Shown here one piece after another: positions 38,704-52,885 of a stretch of DNA of 64,000 nucleotides (positions are counted from its first letter, which is position 1; each line of letters opens with the position of its first letter). The stretch covers positions 2,506-66,505 of the forward strand of contig CAYWLI010000001.1 of the NCBI GenBank assembly GCA_964459135.1, given 5' to 3'. Source of the DNA: an uncultured Thermodesulfobacteriota bacterium. GTDB taxonomy: Bacteria > Desulfobacterota > B13-G15 > RBG-16-54-18. The notes below the pieces were generated by a model that searched no databases, was not told the origin of the DNA, and saw only the letters and a list, made by a program, of their open reading frames with translations. Both the position numbers and the translations under genes were made by a program.

Positions 38704-39962
38704 TCACTGGTTCATAGTATCCAAGAATTCCCGGTTGGAAGCGGTCTTGCGCAATTTATCCATGAGGAACTCCATGCTGTCAACGGTGTTCATGGGGGTC
38801 AGCACCCTACGCAAGAGCCAGATGCGCTCCAGGTCATTGGGCTCCAGCAAGAGTTCTTCTTTCCTCGTACCAGATCGGTTGACATCGATGGCCGGGAAGA
38901 CCCGACGGTCCACCAGGCGTCGATCCAACATGAGCTCCATGTTACCCGTCCCCTTGAACTCCTCAAAGATCACCTCGTCCATCCTGCTCCCCGTGTCGAT
39001 GAGGGCGGTAGCAATAATGGTGAGACTTCCGCCCTCTTCGATGTTTCGGGCGGCGCCGAAGAAGCGCTTGGGCCGCTGGAGGGCGTTGGCGTCTATCCCC
39101 CCCGAGAGTACCTTGCCGCTGGGGGGCACCACGGCGTTGTAGGCGCGGGCCAACCTGGTGATGCTATCCAAGAGAATGACCACGTCCCCTTGATGCTCCA
39201 CCAGCCGCTTGGCCTTCTCGCTGACCATCTCGGCCACCTGCACGTGTCGTTGCGGTGGTTCATCAAAGGTGGAGCTGATCACCTCTCCCTCCACTGAGCG
39301 CTCCATATCGGTCACCTCTTCAGGCCGTTCATCGATGAGGAGGACAATGAGCGTCATCTCCTTATGATTAGCCATGATGCTGTGGGCGATGGACTGCAGG
39401 AGCATGGTCTTACCGGTTCGGGGAGGGGCGACGATGAGACCCCGCTGTCCCTTCCCGATGGGGGTGAGCAGATCCATCACGCGGGTGGAATAATCGTCGG
39501 GGCCGTACTCCAGGTTGACCTTTTCCCGCGGGTAGAAGGGGGTGAGATTGTCAAAAAGAATTTTGTCCTTCGCCGTCTCGGGGTCTTCGAAGTTGAACGT
39601 CTCCACCTTGAGGAGGGCAAAGTAGCGCTCTGACTCCTTAGGGGGCCTGATCTGCCCGGCGATGGTATCCCCTGTACGCAGGTTGAATCTCCTGATCTGC
39701 GAGGGTGAGACATAGATGTCATCGGGGCCTGGCAGGTAATTGTAGTCCGGGGAGCGGAGGAAACCGAACCCGTCCGGCAGGATCTCCAACACCCCTTCTC
39801 CATAGATGAACCCGTTCTTCTCCGCCTGGGCCTGGAGAATACCAAAGATCAACTCCTGCCTGCGCATATTGGCTGCCCCCTCTACGTTCAGCTCCTTGGC
39901 CAGGGATGCCAGGTCCGCAATCTTTTTCTGTTTTAAATCCCTCAAGTTGATCATTTCCGTAT

Positions 39963-39966
<4 letters not shown>
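38704..39966 (-). CDS. rho: Transcription termination factor Rho
   Basis: 420 aa with an N-terminal RNA-binding domain and RecA-like Walker [13 protein letters not shown]. Confidence 0.95.
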
Positions 39967-44183
<4,217 letters not shown>

Positions 44184-44316
44184 AATATTGCTCCTTAAAT
44201 AATTAGTAGTAGTAATAAGTCCTGTGAAAAGGTTGATATCTCATATACTATATTGATATTACATAATTAGTTTATGTTTACTGTTTTTGCTTACCTGCGT
44301 TTATTACTGTGCACAA
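44184..44316. other. AT-rich (~70% AT) dnaA-dnaN intergenic region; candidate DNA-unwinding element / oriC segment
   Basis: A sharp AT-rich island in a 58% GC genome. It contains only weak DnaA-box-like 9-mers (ctatccagt, tgtgcacaa). Confidence 0.35.
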
Positions 44317-45651
44317 CTATCCAGTGATTACTTTTATGAGATCGGCTATAACATTTTTTGTATATTGATCATTGTTACATTTTTCTTCTATTTTCTTCAA
44401 GGAGTGGATAACGGTAGAGTGGTCTTTTCCGCCAAACTTTTCACCTATCTCAATAAGGGAGGAGTTGGTGAGTTTTCTGGAAAGGTACATACCTATCTGC
44501 CGAGGTACCACAAATTGTTTGAGACGCCTTTTTGATCTGAGATCTTTCTGTTTCAGGTTGAAATAAGAGGAAACTTTTTTCTGTATACTATCGATCGTGA
44601 TGACCGTTTCCTTGTCTTGAATAAAATTTTTCAAGGCCTCCTTCGCCAAGTCCAAGTTAATCTCTTGTCTGGTGAGGGAAGCAAAGGCCCCGAGTCGAAT
44701 GAGACAGCCTTCTAAGATGCGGACATTCGAGTTGATATGGGAGGCTAAGTAGAAGGCTACTTCATTAGGGATATAGATATTTTCTAGCGCCGCCTTTTTC
44801 TTGAGAATGGCCACCTTAGTTTCTACATCGGGAGGCTGAATATCAGCGATAAGACCCCACTCAAATCTCGATTTCAACCGCTCTTCAAAATCAGGGATCT
44901 CGCGAGGCAGCTTATCACTCGTGATGACAATTTGCATTTTGTTCTCATATAAGGAGTTGAAAGTATGGAAGAATTCTATCTGTGTCCGTTCCTTGCCGGA
45001 TATAAACTGGATGTCATCTATAAGGAGCACCTCTATATGCCTAAATTTCTTTCTAAAGCCATCCATTCGCTCAAATCGAATGGAATTGACCAGTTCATTC
45101 GTGAATTCCTCAGAGGAGATGTAGCATACCTTGGTCGGGTTATTGACCGTCCTGCTCTTTATTATTCTATGTCCGATGGCATTTAACAGATGGGTCTTCC
45201 CCAAACCAACCCCCCCATAGACAAAGAGAGGATTATATCTTCTCCCCGGGGTATCGGCTACCGCTTGGGATGCTGCATGGGCAAATTGGTTTCCCGCGCC
45301 AATTACAAAGTTATCAAACGTATAACGGGGGTTGAACATACGGCTGGCCAAATCCTCATCGCCCCCCCCATCATCTGTCGTAGCTGAAGATTCCGTCACG
45401 TGAGGGGGCTTTACCTTTTTTACCTGAAGAGATACCGAGTAATTCTCCCCCGTAAGTTTATAGAGGGCCCCCTTGATGGTATGTAAATAGTGCTCAGCGA
45501 CCCAGTCACGGAAGAAGTTATTGGGGACCCCAAGAATAAGCTTCTTCTCATCGAGGGACTGAAAGATGATGGGTTTAATCCATGTCTCGAAACTGTTGAC
45601 ATTTATCTGTCCCTTGATGGTCTCTAAGACCTGTTGCCAGAAGTTATCCAT
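44317..45651 (-). CDS. dnaA: Chromosomal replication initiator DnaA
   Basis: 444 aa with AAA+ Walker A GGVGLGKTHL and a C-terminal DNA-binding domain. Confidence 0.96.
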   Translation of the reverse strand: MDNFWQQVLETIKGQINVNSFETWIKPIIFQSLDEKKLILGVPNNFFRDWVAEHYLHTIKGALYKLTGENYSVSLQVKKVKPPHVTESSATTDDGGGDEDLASRMFNPRYTFDNFVIGAGNQFAHAASQAVADTPGRRYNPLFVYGGVGLGKTHLLNAIGHRIIKSRTVNNPTKVCYISSEEFTNELVNSIRFERMDGFRKKFRHIEVLLIDDIQFISGKERTQIEFFHTFNSLYENKMQIVITSDKLPREIPDFEERLKSRFEWGLIADIQPPDVETKVAILKKKAALENIYIPNEVAFYLASHINSNVRILEGCLIRLGAFASLTRQEINLDLAKEALKNFIQDKETVITIDSIQKKVSSYFNLKQKDLRSKRRLKQFVVPRQIGMYLSRKLTNSSLIEIGEKFGGKDHSTVIHSLKKIEEKCNNDQYTKNVIADLIKVITG

Positions 45652-45713
45652 AATGTGTATATACGTGAGTCTTTTAGCAGCCTTGCGTTCTCTTGTTAAA
45701 GGAATTTCAACAT

Positions 45714-45736
45714 TTATTCCACAATTTGTGGATATC
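45714..45736. promoter_or_regulatory. Palindromic pair of DnaA-box-like 9-mers upstream of dnaA (autoregulatory site and/or oriC element)
   Basis: ttatTCCACAAtTTGTGGAtat is a perfect 7-bp inverted repeat. Its right half reads ATATCCACA on the minus strand (8/9 match to TTATCCACA). Confidence 0.5.
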
Positions 45737-45860
45737 TGGTTGTGATAGGATTTGGGAAGAGTTTTGAAAAAGCCTCTTTATATAACCGTTTCTAAATTTT
45801 TCCGCCGAAGACTTGTAGTGCTGTAACAGGGTACACACCATCTGTAGCAAAAAATGAGAT

Positions 45861-48332
45861 TTAGGTCAAGTCCTTTTTCTCCTTTTCCACGAGTCGAGCC
45901 ACGCCCACCACCTTTTCCCCTTCGTCCAAACCGATGAGCCTCACCCCCATGGTATTTCTCCCCCGCAGGGGGATGTCCCCTACTGAGAATCGCAATATCG
46001 TACCCTTGTCCGTGATCAAGATCACTTCATCCTCTTCCACCACCTGGAGAACTCCCACCACCGGCCCATTCTTATCGGAGACGAGGGTGTTAATAACCCC
46101 CTTGCCGCCTCGATTTTGACATCGGTACTCAGACAAAAGGGTCCTCTTGCCGTACCCCTTTTCAGTCACGCTGAACAGCGCGGCCCCTTCCTGGAGTATC
46201 TCCAAATCCACCAGTCGGTCTTGCGGCTCAAGGGTGATCCCCCGCACGCCACTGGCTGCCCTCCCCATCTCCCGAAGTTGCCCCTCTTTGAACCGAGTCG
46301 CCTTCCCCAAGCGCGTCCCCACAAATATCTCTCTTTTTTCTTCTGTAAGCTTGGCATCCACCAGGGCATCCCCCTCCTTCAGGCGCAGCGCGATGATACC
46401 ATCTGCGCGCGGGTTGCTGAAGGCCTGCAGGGCGGTCTTTTTTATCATCCCCTTCTTGGTGGCCATGATGATGAACGTTCCCGGCGCGAACTCCCTGACC
46501 GGGAGGATGGCCGTGATTCGCTCCTGAGAAGAAATGTTGATAAGGTTGACCAAGGCCTTCCCCTTGGCAGAAGGGGCTGCCTGCGGTACCTGGTGCACCT
46601 TGAGCCAATAGATCTTCCCCCCATCGGTAAAGAAGAGGATATAGTGGTGTGTTGAGGCGACGAAGATGAGCTCCACGAAATCCTCGTCTTTGACAGTAAT
46701 TCCGACCCTCCCCTTCCCCCCCCGGCGTTGGCTGCGATACAAACCCGCAGGTGTCCGTTTGGCGTAGCCGGTGTGAGTTATGGTGACCACCATGTCTTCT
46801 TCAAGGATGAGGTCTTCAAGACGCACATCGCCTCCATCCTCGACAATCTGAGTCTGACGGTGGTCACCGAATTCCTCTTGGATATCCCGCAGCTCCTTGA
46901 CGATCACCTCCATCAGAAGCCGCTCATCGCCGAGGATCTGTCTGAGCCGGGCAATCTCCTTGCTCAGCTTTTCAAACTCATCGGAGATCTTTTCCCGCTC
47001 CAAGCCGGTGAGGCGCTGCAGCCGCATCTCCAAGATGGCCTGAGCCTGGGCATCGGTGAAATCGAAATGCTTCACCAATCCTTCCTTGGCATCGGCCGGT
47101 GTCTTTGACTTCTTGATCAATGCAATGATGGCGTCGATGTGCTCTAATGCCTTGAGCAACCCCTGGAGGATGTGGGCGCGGGCCTCGGCCTCGCGCAGTT
47201 CGTGTCGGGAGCGACGGGTAACCACCACCTTGCGATGTTCGATGAAATGTTCAATGAGCGCCTTTATATTCAAGACAATGGGTCTATTCTCCACCAAGGA
47301 CAGAAGGATGATGCCGAAGGATACCTGCATCTGCGTGAGCTTATAGAGTTGGTTGAGGATCACCTCAGCCATCTCGTCTTTTCTGAGCTCCAATACCATC
47401 CGCATCCCCTCGCGGTCGGATTCATCCCGCACCTCTGTGATCCCTTCGAGGCGCTTTTCGTGCATCAACTGGGCGATCTTCTCCACGAGGCGGGCCTTGT
47501 TTACCTGATAGGGGAGTTCCGTGATGATGATGCGATCCCGCCCCCCCTTTTGTTTTTCCACCAGGGCCCGTGCCCGGAGCTGGATGACCCCCCGGCCCGT
47601 CTGATAGGCCGACCTGATCCCCTCCTTCCCACAGATGAGGGCGCCGGTAGGGAAATCAGGACCGGGCACGTATTCCATTAACTCCTCGATGGTTATCGCC
47701 GGATTCTCTATCTGGGCGCAGATGGCGTCCAGCACCTCGGTAAGGTTGTGAGGGGGAATGTTGGTGGCCATTCCCACGGCGATCCCTGCGGAGCCGTTGA
47801 TCAGCAGGTTCGGGACACGAGTTGGGAGCACCGATGGTTCGACAGTAGTTTCATCGAAGTTCGGGACGAAGTCCACGGTGTCCTTATCGATGTCGGCGAG
47901 CAGTGCCTCGGCAAGCTTGGTGAGACGTGCCTCGGTGTATCGGTAGGCGGCTGCGGAATCGCCATCGATGGATCCGAAATTCCCCTGGCCGTCCACAAGC
48001 GGATACCGCATGTTAAAGTCCTGGGCCAGGCGCACCATGGTGTCGTAGACTGCGCTGTCGCCGTGGGGATGATATCTTTTCAGCACCTCGCCGACTACAC
48101 CGGCGCTCTTCGAATACTTCTTGTTGTGAAGGAGGCCTTCCCGGAACATGGCATAGAGGATGCGCCGGTGTACGGGCTTGAGGCCATCCCGAACGTCCGG
48201 GAGTGCCCGCCCGATGATGACGCTCATGGCATAATCCATATAGGATTTGCGCATCTCGTCTTCGATATTTACCGGCACCATTCCGCTTGTGGGAGATGTC
48301 ACGATATCCTCCGGAAACCAAATTGGCTCCAT
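45861..48332 (-). CDS. gyrA: DNA gyrase subunit A (start reassigned to the internal Met; the track ORF starts at 48437)
   Basis: Canonical GyrA (VPVNIEDEM...YAMSVI..., active-site region AAMRYTEARL). The 48437 start would leave only 13 bp to the divergent dgt gene. Confidence 0.93.
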   Translation of the reverse strand: MEPIWFPEDIVTSPTSGMVPVNIEDEMRKSYMDYAMSVIIGRALPDVRDGLKPVHRRILYAMFREGLLHNKKYSKSAGVVGEVLKRYHPHGDSAVYDTMVRLAQDFNMRYPLVDGQGNFGSIDGDSAAAYRYTEARLTKLAEALLADIDKDTVDFVPNFDETTVEPSVLPTRVPNLLINGSAGIAVGMATNIPPHNLTEVLDAICAQIENPAITIEELMEYVPGPDFPTGALICGKEGIRSAYQTGRGVIQLRARALVEKQKGGRDRIIITELPYQVNKARLVEKIAQLMHEKRLEGITEVRDESDREGMRMVLELRKDEMAEVILNQLYKLTQMQVSFGIILLSLVENRPIVLNIKALIEHFIEHRKVVVTRRSRHELREAEARAHILQGLLKALEHIDAIIALIKKSKTPADAKEGLVKHFDFTDAQAQAILEMRLQRLTGLEREKISDEFEKLSKEIARLRQILGDERLLMEVIVKELRDIQEEFGDHRQTQIVEDGGDVRLEDLILEEDMVVTITHTGYAKRTPAGLYRSQRRGGKGRVGITVKDEDFVELIFVASTHHYILFFTDGGKIYWLKVHQVPQAAPSAKGKALVNLINISSQERITAILPVREFAPGTFIIMATKKGMIKKTALQAFSNPRADGIIALRLKEGDALVDAKLTEEKREIFVGTRLGKATRFKEGQLREMGRAASGVRGITLEPQDRLVDLEILQEGAALFSVTEKGYGKRTLLSEYRCQNRGGKGVINTLVSDKNGPVVGVLQVVEEDEVILITDKGTILRFSVGDIPLRGRNTMGVRLIGLDEGEKVVGVARLVEKEKKDLT

Positions 48333-48450
48333 TATATCAGAAGGGAGGGGTGTTATCAAGGAAGAGGTTTGCCGTATCGTTTCTCCATCAGCCTGTACTC
48401 CTTGACAAGGGGTAAGGTGAGGCTGTAAGATGCCCACGAGGTGAGGGAGA

Positions 48451-49590
48451 GTGGTGGACTATGAACGCCCCGATCTCGCTCCGTATGCCTCCCGTAGCGC
48501 TCAATCCAAGGGGAGAAGGTATTCGGAGGAATTCAAGGACGATCGGCCTGCCTTTGAGCGGGATCGGGACCGTATAATCCACTGCGCTGCCTTCCGGAGG
48601 CTGGAGTATAAGACCCAGGTCTTTGTCAACCACGAGGGTGACTATTATCGGACCCGCCTTACGCACTCCCTGGAGGTGGCCCAGATCGCCCGGGGGATCG
48701 CCCGCAAGCTGAGCCTTAACGAGGAGCTCACCGAGGCCATCGCCCTGGCACACGACCTAGGGCATACCCCATTCGGCCATGCGGGAGAGGACGCCCTCGA
48801 TGCCCTGATGGCGGATTACGGGGGCTTTGAGCACAACCTGCAGAGCCTGCGGGTCGTGGAGCTTTTGGAGGAGCGATACCCCCATTTCTCCGGCTTGAAC
48901 CTGACCTTTGAGACAAGGGAGGGGTTGGCCAAGCACTCCTCCTATCATGACTCCCCTACTGTAGACCTCTCAGAATATGAGATGGGCCTCGCCCCGGCAC
49001 TGGAGGCTCAGATCATCAACCTGGCGGACGAGATCGCCTACAACAACCACGATATCGATGATGGCGTGGAGTCGAATTTTATCCAGCGGGAGGAACTCTT
49101 AGACGTCCCCCTCTGGAAAGAGGTCTTCGGGAGGGTGGAAAAGAAATACCCCCATGCTACCTTACAGGCGAAGACGTACACGGCCATCAGCTCACTCATC
49201 GGTCTGCTGATCCAGGATGTCATCGCCCAGACCGAACGGAATATAGAAGAACACGGCATAAAAACAGTGGAGGATGTACGGAGGTTTGGGAAAGAACTGG
49301 TCAGCTACAGCCCTTCCATTCAACAAGAGAGCGACCTTCTGAAGGAATTCCTGCACAAAAGGCTGTATCGCCACTGGCGGGTGGAGCGAATGCGGATCAA
49401 GGCCGAACGGTTCATCACCGAGCTCTTCACGGCCTACGTGGAGACCCCCACCTTGGTTCCCGAGGGGTATCGGCGGCGCGTGGATGAGGAGCCCGTACCG
49501 AGGATGGTCTGCGATTACATCGCCGGTATGACCGACCGCTTTGCCCTTGATGAATACAAAAAGCTCTTCGACCCCTACGAGAAAGTATAA
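48451..49590 (+). CDS. dgt: dGTP triphosphohydrolase-like HD-domain protein (Dgt family)
   Basis: 379 aa with an HD motif ([26 protein letters not shown]), Dgt-like. Confidence 0.8.
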   Translation: MVDYERPDLAPYASRSAQSKGRRYSEEFKDDRPAFERDRDRIIHCAAFRRLEYKTQVFVNHEGDYYRTRLTHSLEVAQIARGIARKLSLNEELTEAIALAHDLGHTPFGHAGEDALDALMADYGGFEHNLQSLRVVELLEERYPHFSGLNLTFETREGLAKHSSYHDSPTVDLSEYEMGLAPALEAQIINLADEIAYNNHDIDDGVESNFIQREELLDVPLWKEVFGRVEKKYPHATLQAKTYTAISSLIGLLIQDVIAQTERNIEEHGIKTVEDVRRFGKELVSYSPSIQQESDLLKEFLHKRLYRHWRVERMRIKAERFITELFTAYVETPTLVPEGYRRRVDEEPVPRMVCDYIAGMTDRFALDEYKKLFDPYEKV

Positions 49591-49656
49591 GAATGATCGA
49601 AGATCCCTATGAAAAGATATAGTAATGGTCGAAGACCCCTACGAGTATGAGAAAGT

Positions 49657-50679
49657 ATGATCATGGCGGAATTCCCCCCCCTGATACAGGCGATGCTTGA
49701 TCCTGCCTTCTATCCCCATAACCCGAAGGAGGTGGAGCTCATCCAAACCCATATTTCATACCTCTTCCTCACCGGAGAGGTGGTCTATAAGGTCAAAAAG
49801 CCGGTGAACTTTGGATTCCTGGATTTCACCACCTTGGAGAAAAGACGCCATTTTTGCCAGGAGGAGATCAGGCTGAACAAACGATTCTCTCCGGAAGTTT
49901 ATTTAAAAGCAGTTCCCATCTCCCGTGTTGGTAATGCCTTCCGCGTGGGAGATGATACAAGAGTGGTGGAATATGCTGTCACGATGAGGCGTATCAATGA
50001 GGATCACATGCTCTACCGGCTCCTGGAGGCAGGAAAGGTGGGTTCTGAAACAATGCAGCGCATCGGGAGGCACCTTGCCAAAGCCTATGCAGCCATACCC
50101 AGTGATGAGAAAGCCCAGGCCTTCGGCAGCTTGGATGTCATCTCCATCAATATAGTGGAAAACTTCGAGCAGACCAAGAAATATATCAGTGGTCCCATTA
50201 CACATGAACAGTTTGATGCTATCGAGTCATGGAGTCTCTCTTTTATGAAGAAGAAGAGAGCTTTATTCGAGCAACGGGTGGCTCAGGGTTTTATCAAAGA
50301 CTGCCATGGCGATTTGCACCTACAGCACATCTGCGTGGAAGGGGAGAAGATATACATCTTCGACTGCATCGAGTTCAATGAACGGTTTCGCTTTGGCGAT
50401 GTGGCCTCAGACGTGGCGTTTCTCGCCATGGACTTGGATTTTAACGACCATCCTGACCTCGCGAAGACCTTTGTTCATGCCTACACCGAGGCATCAGGCG
50501 ATACCACCCTGGCGAAGGTCCTACCGTTCTACAAAGTATACCGGGCCTATGTAAGGGCCAAGGTGACCTCATTTATGCTCGATGACGCCGGGCTTGATGA
50601 GCGAACAAAAGAGGAAGGTTTTCAGCGAGCAAAACAATACTATGACCTGGCACTTGCATATGTGAAGGGGAATATCTAG
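49657..50679 (+). CDS. Protein-kinase-like / aminoglycoside phosphotransferase (APH)-fold protein
   Basis: 340 aa with a Brenner-type motif CHGDLHLQHI (His replaces the usual Asn) and a downstream IFDCIEF Mg-binding region. Confidence 0.55.
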   Translation: MIMAEFPPLIQAMLDPAFYPHNPKEVELIQTHISYLFLTGEVVYKVKKPVNFGFLDFTTLEKRRHFCQEEIRLNKRFSPEVYLKAVPISRVGNAFRVGDDTRVVEYAVTMRRINEDHMLYRLLEAGKVGSETMQRIGRHLAKAYAAIPSDEKAQAFGSLDVISINIVENFEQTKKYISGPITHEQFDAIESWSLSFMKKKRALFEQRVAQGFIKDCHGDLHLQHICVEGEKIYIFDCIEFNERFRFGDVASDVAFLAMDLDFNDHPDLAKTFVHAYTEASGDTTLAKVLPFYKVYRAYVRAKVTSFMLDDAGLDERTKEEGFQRAKQYYDLALAYVKGNI

Positions 50680-50750
50680 AGATGATACACCTTGACGGGA
50701 ATAAACTGGGTTTATATGCTTTAAGAGACCAAAGAGTAATACATTAGGCA

Positions 50751-51665
50751 ATGAAGATAGACCTTCACATACACTCAAAAGACGGTTCAGACGGGCGTTG
50801 GTCCCTGGAGGCTATCTTTGCTGAGGCGCACAAACGGGGGATCGATCTGATCTCGATTACTGACCACGACTCCATCCATGCGCAAGAACAGGCACGTGAG
50901 CTGGCCCGATCCTACGGTATCGCGTATCTTACCGGCGTGGAAATGAACGTGACCTTCTCTCACCCGGATTACAAGGGGGGAAGGCCCGTCTCCCTCGATG
51001 TGCTCGGATATCAGTACGATATCCACTATCCGCCTCTCGTTGAGAAACTCGAAACCCTCAGGAATTACCGGAAGCAACGGGCGGAGCAGATCCTGGAGAA
51101 TCTCAATCGCGAATTCGTCAAAGAAGGGCTGGAGGAATTTACCTCTGCGGACCTTGAAGCGATCGAGGCGACGGTTGATGGGGCCCTTGGCAGGCCCCAC
51201 ATCGCCGATTACCTGATCAAAAGGGACATTGTGGCCACCAAGCAGGAGGCCTTTGACCGCTATCTGGTCCAGTGCGATGTGCCCAAGATGCCGGTGAGTC
51301 TCAAGGAGGCATCCGAGCTCATCCGTGGAGCCGGAGGAAAGGTTGTGCTTGCCCACCCCGACGACCCAAACGGTACTTCTTTGATACATCTGACCCCCTC
51401 ATTGCAGGAGCAATTTCAGATTATCCAAGACACCATGATGGCATATATCGACGGGGTGGAGTGCTGGCACTCACGCCATGACAAGGAGACCACGGAGGCA
51501 TACCAGGCCTTTGCTCAAAAGATGGGGCTCATGGTCTCCGGGGGTTCGGACTGCCATCAGGACCCCGTGCTCATGGGGGAAGTGGATATCCCCGATTATG
51601 TGGGGGAGCAATTTGTGAGCGATACAAAAATGCTCAATTCACATCTGCAAGGAGCTACACGATGA
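50751..51665 (+). CDS. PHP-family metal-dependent phosphoesterase (TrpH/YciV-like)
   Basis: 304 aa: MKIDLHIHSKDGSDG...ISITDHD (HxH...DHD PHP motifs). Confidence 0.75.
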   Translation: MKIDLHIHSKDGSDGRWSLEAIFAEAHKRGIDLISITDHDSIHAQEQARELARSYGIAYLTGVEMNVTFSHPDYKGGRPVSLDVLGYQYDIHYPPLVEKLETLRNYRKQRAEQILENLNREFVKEGLEEFTSADLEAIEATVDGALGRPHIADYLIKRDIVATKQEAFDRYLVQCDVPKMPVSLKEASELIRGAGGKVVLAHPDDPNGTSLIHLTPSLQEQFQIIQDTMMAYIDGVECWHSRHDKETTEAYQAFAQKMGLMVSGGSDCHQDPVLMGEVDIPDYVGEQFVSDTKMLNSHLQGATR

Positions 51666-52264
51666 GGATACCGTTTAAGGAGTTTGTTGCAAAGGAGATG
51701 GATGATGATGCAATCCTGATCGCGTGCGGGCTTCCCGCCACCAATAAGACCGAGACCATGGAGGTTGTTGCGCGGCTCAAGGGGTATGAGATGCTGCGTA
51801 CGGATATCATTCGTCAAGAGGTGCTCAAGGGGGAGGATATCTTCGATGAAAAGGTGGCCGCGAATATGGACAAGCGAAAGATGGTCTATGACCGGATGTT
51901 CTCAAGGGCAAATGATCTCGCCTCCGAAGGGAAAGGGGTCATTATGGATGCCACCTTTATCAATCAGAAACTCAGGATGCGGGCTGCGGAGGTAGCTGCA
52001 CGAAACAATAAGACCTTTATAATCCAGCAGACCCAGTGCCCCGAGGAATATTCTCTGAACAAGATCTCCAAAAGGACAAAGGATAATTATGAATCCAATG
52101 CCTTGACCCCACAGGCATATTTTAATAATAAGGAGAGATTCGAACCCGTTGCCCTCGAAGAGGTCAAGGCCAGGTTCCCTAACCTCTCCATAGTCCACCT
52201 CGTGGTGGACACGGCATCGGATTCAGCGGATGAGTGGTATGTGATAGAGAAGATTACGAAGTAA
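51662..52264 (+). CDS. P-loop kinase-like protein (AAA_33/zeta-toxin-like fold) with an atypical Walker A
   Basis: 200 aa with Walker A-like CGLPATNKTE (Asn in place of the second Gly). It overlaps the PHP gene by 4 nt, which suggests translational coupling. Confidence 0.5.
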   Translation: MRIPFKEFVAKEMDDDAILIACGLPATNKTETMEVVARLKGYEMLRTDIIRQEVLKGEDIFDEKVAANMDKRKMVYDRMFSRANDLASEGKGVIMDATFINQKLRMRAAEVAARNNKTFIIQQTQCPEEYSLNKISKRTKDNYESNALTPQAYFNNKERFEPVALEEVKARFPNLSIVHLVVDTASDSADEWYVIEKITK

Positions 52265-52311
52265 TTCCCATGACGGCACCGCCATTACGAACGATGAAAA
52301 TGCCATCTACT

Positions 52312-52335
52312 CCCTCTCCCGCTGGCGGGAGAGGG
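52312..52335. other. GA/CT-rich hairpin (stem ccctctcccgc / gcgggagaggg)
   Basis: Perfect ~11-bp inverted repeat, 48 nt downstream of the kinase stop. No U-run follows. Confidence 0.4.
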
Positions 52336-52482
52336 GTGGTCCCGCTCCGCTTTGCACAAATCAGAGAATGCGGGATGCCGCTCCCGCTCTTCAATATAGA
52401 GATAAGGATTACGGGATCCCGAAGCGGGAAAGGCGGCAGGTGAGGGTGGATATGCTATCAAATGATTCCCCCTCACTGTAAT

Positions 52483-52520
52483 CCTCTCCCCCCTGGGGAG
52501 AGGAAATAAATTTATATTCT
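52483..52520 (+). terminator. Hairpin cctctcccc-cct-ggggagagg followed by an A/T-rich tract (terminator-like)
   Basis: 9-bp perfect stem followed by aaataaatttatattctt. Its arm sequence is similar to the 52312 hairpin and the 24275 palindrome. Confidence 0.35.
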
Positions 52521-52615
52521 TCGTAACTTAGAGGGATTCGAAGACGGGTAAAAAGAAAGAGGTGAAATCCGAAGTTCAGGCTTCAATGGGCGATAGTTAT
52601 TTTAGGATGTTAACC

Positions 52616-52792
52616 ATGTCCAGAGTTACCAAATGCATTGTCGTCTTGTTGCTCATAGTCTTAATCGGTGCTCTCGTTCTCTCCTGTGCCCCCCGCGCGC
52701 GGCATGGGCGCTGTCCACCAGGTCAGCACTGGGTCTCGGGCCATCATAGACCCAATGGAGTCTGGGTCCCAGGGCACTGCGCACCGAATTAG
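52616..52792 (+). CDS. Small Cys/His-rich putative lipopeptide (58 aa from the ATG with an AGGA SD; alternative starts at 52562/52586/52607)
   Basis: MSRVTKCIVVLLLIVLIGALVLSC|APRARHGRCPPGQHWVSGHHRPNGVWVPGHCAPN: a signal peptide, a lipobox-like LVLSC, and a tandem WV(S/P)GH repeat at both DNA and protein level. Confidence 0.4.
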   Translation: MSRVTKCIVVLLLIVLIGALVLSCAPRARHGRCPPGQHWVSGHHRPNGVWVPGHCAPN

Positions 52793-52885
52793 ATTGCTCG
52801 AGAGAGAACCTTAAAGGGTTTAAACGAGTTGTTCGCGGGGCCTTGAAGAGATGTATGAGTTGAGGGGTGATGAGCGTCAATCAGC

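Noticed and set aside
47172-48428. Two plus-strand ORFs (169 aa and 226 aa)
   Set aside because: They are antisense to gyrA.
50787-51389. 200-aa minus-strand ORF
   Set aside because: It is antisense to the PHP phosphoesterase gene.
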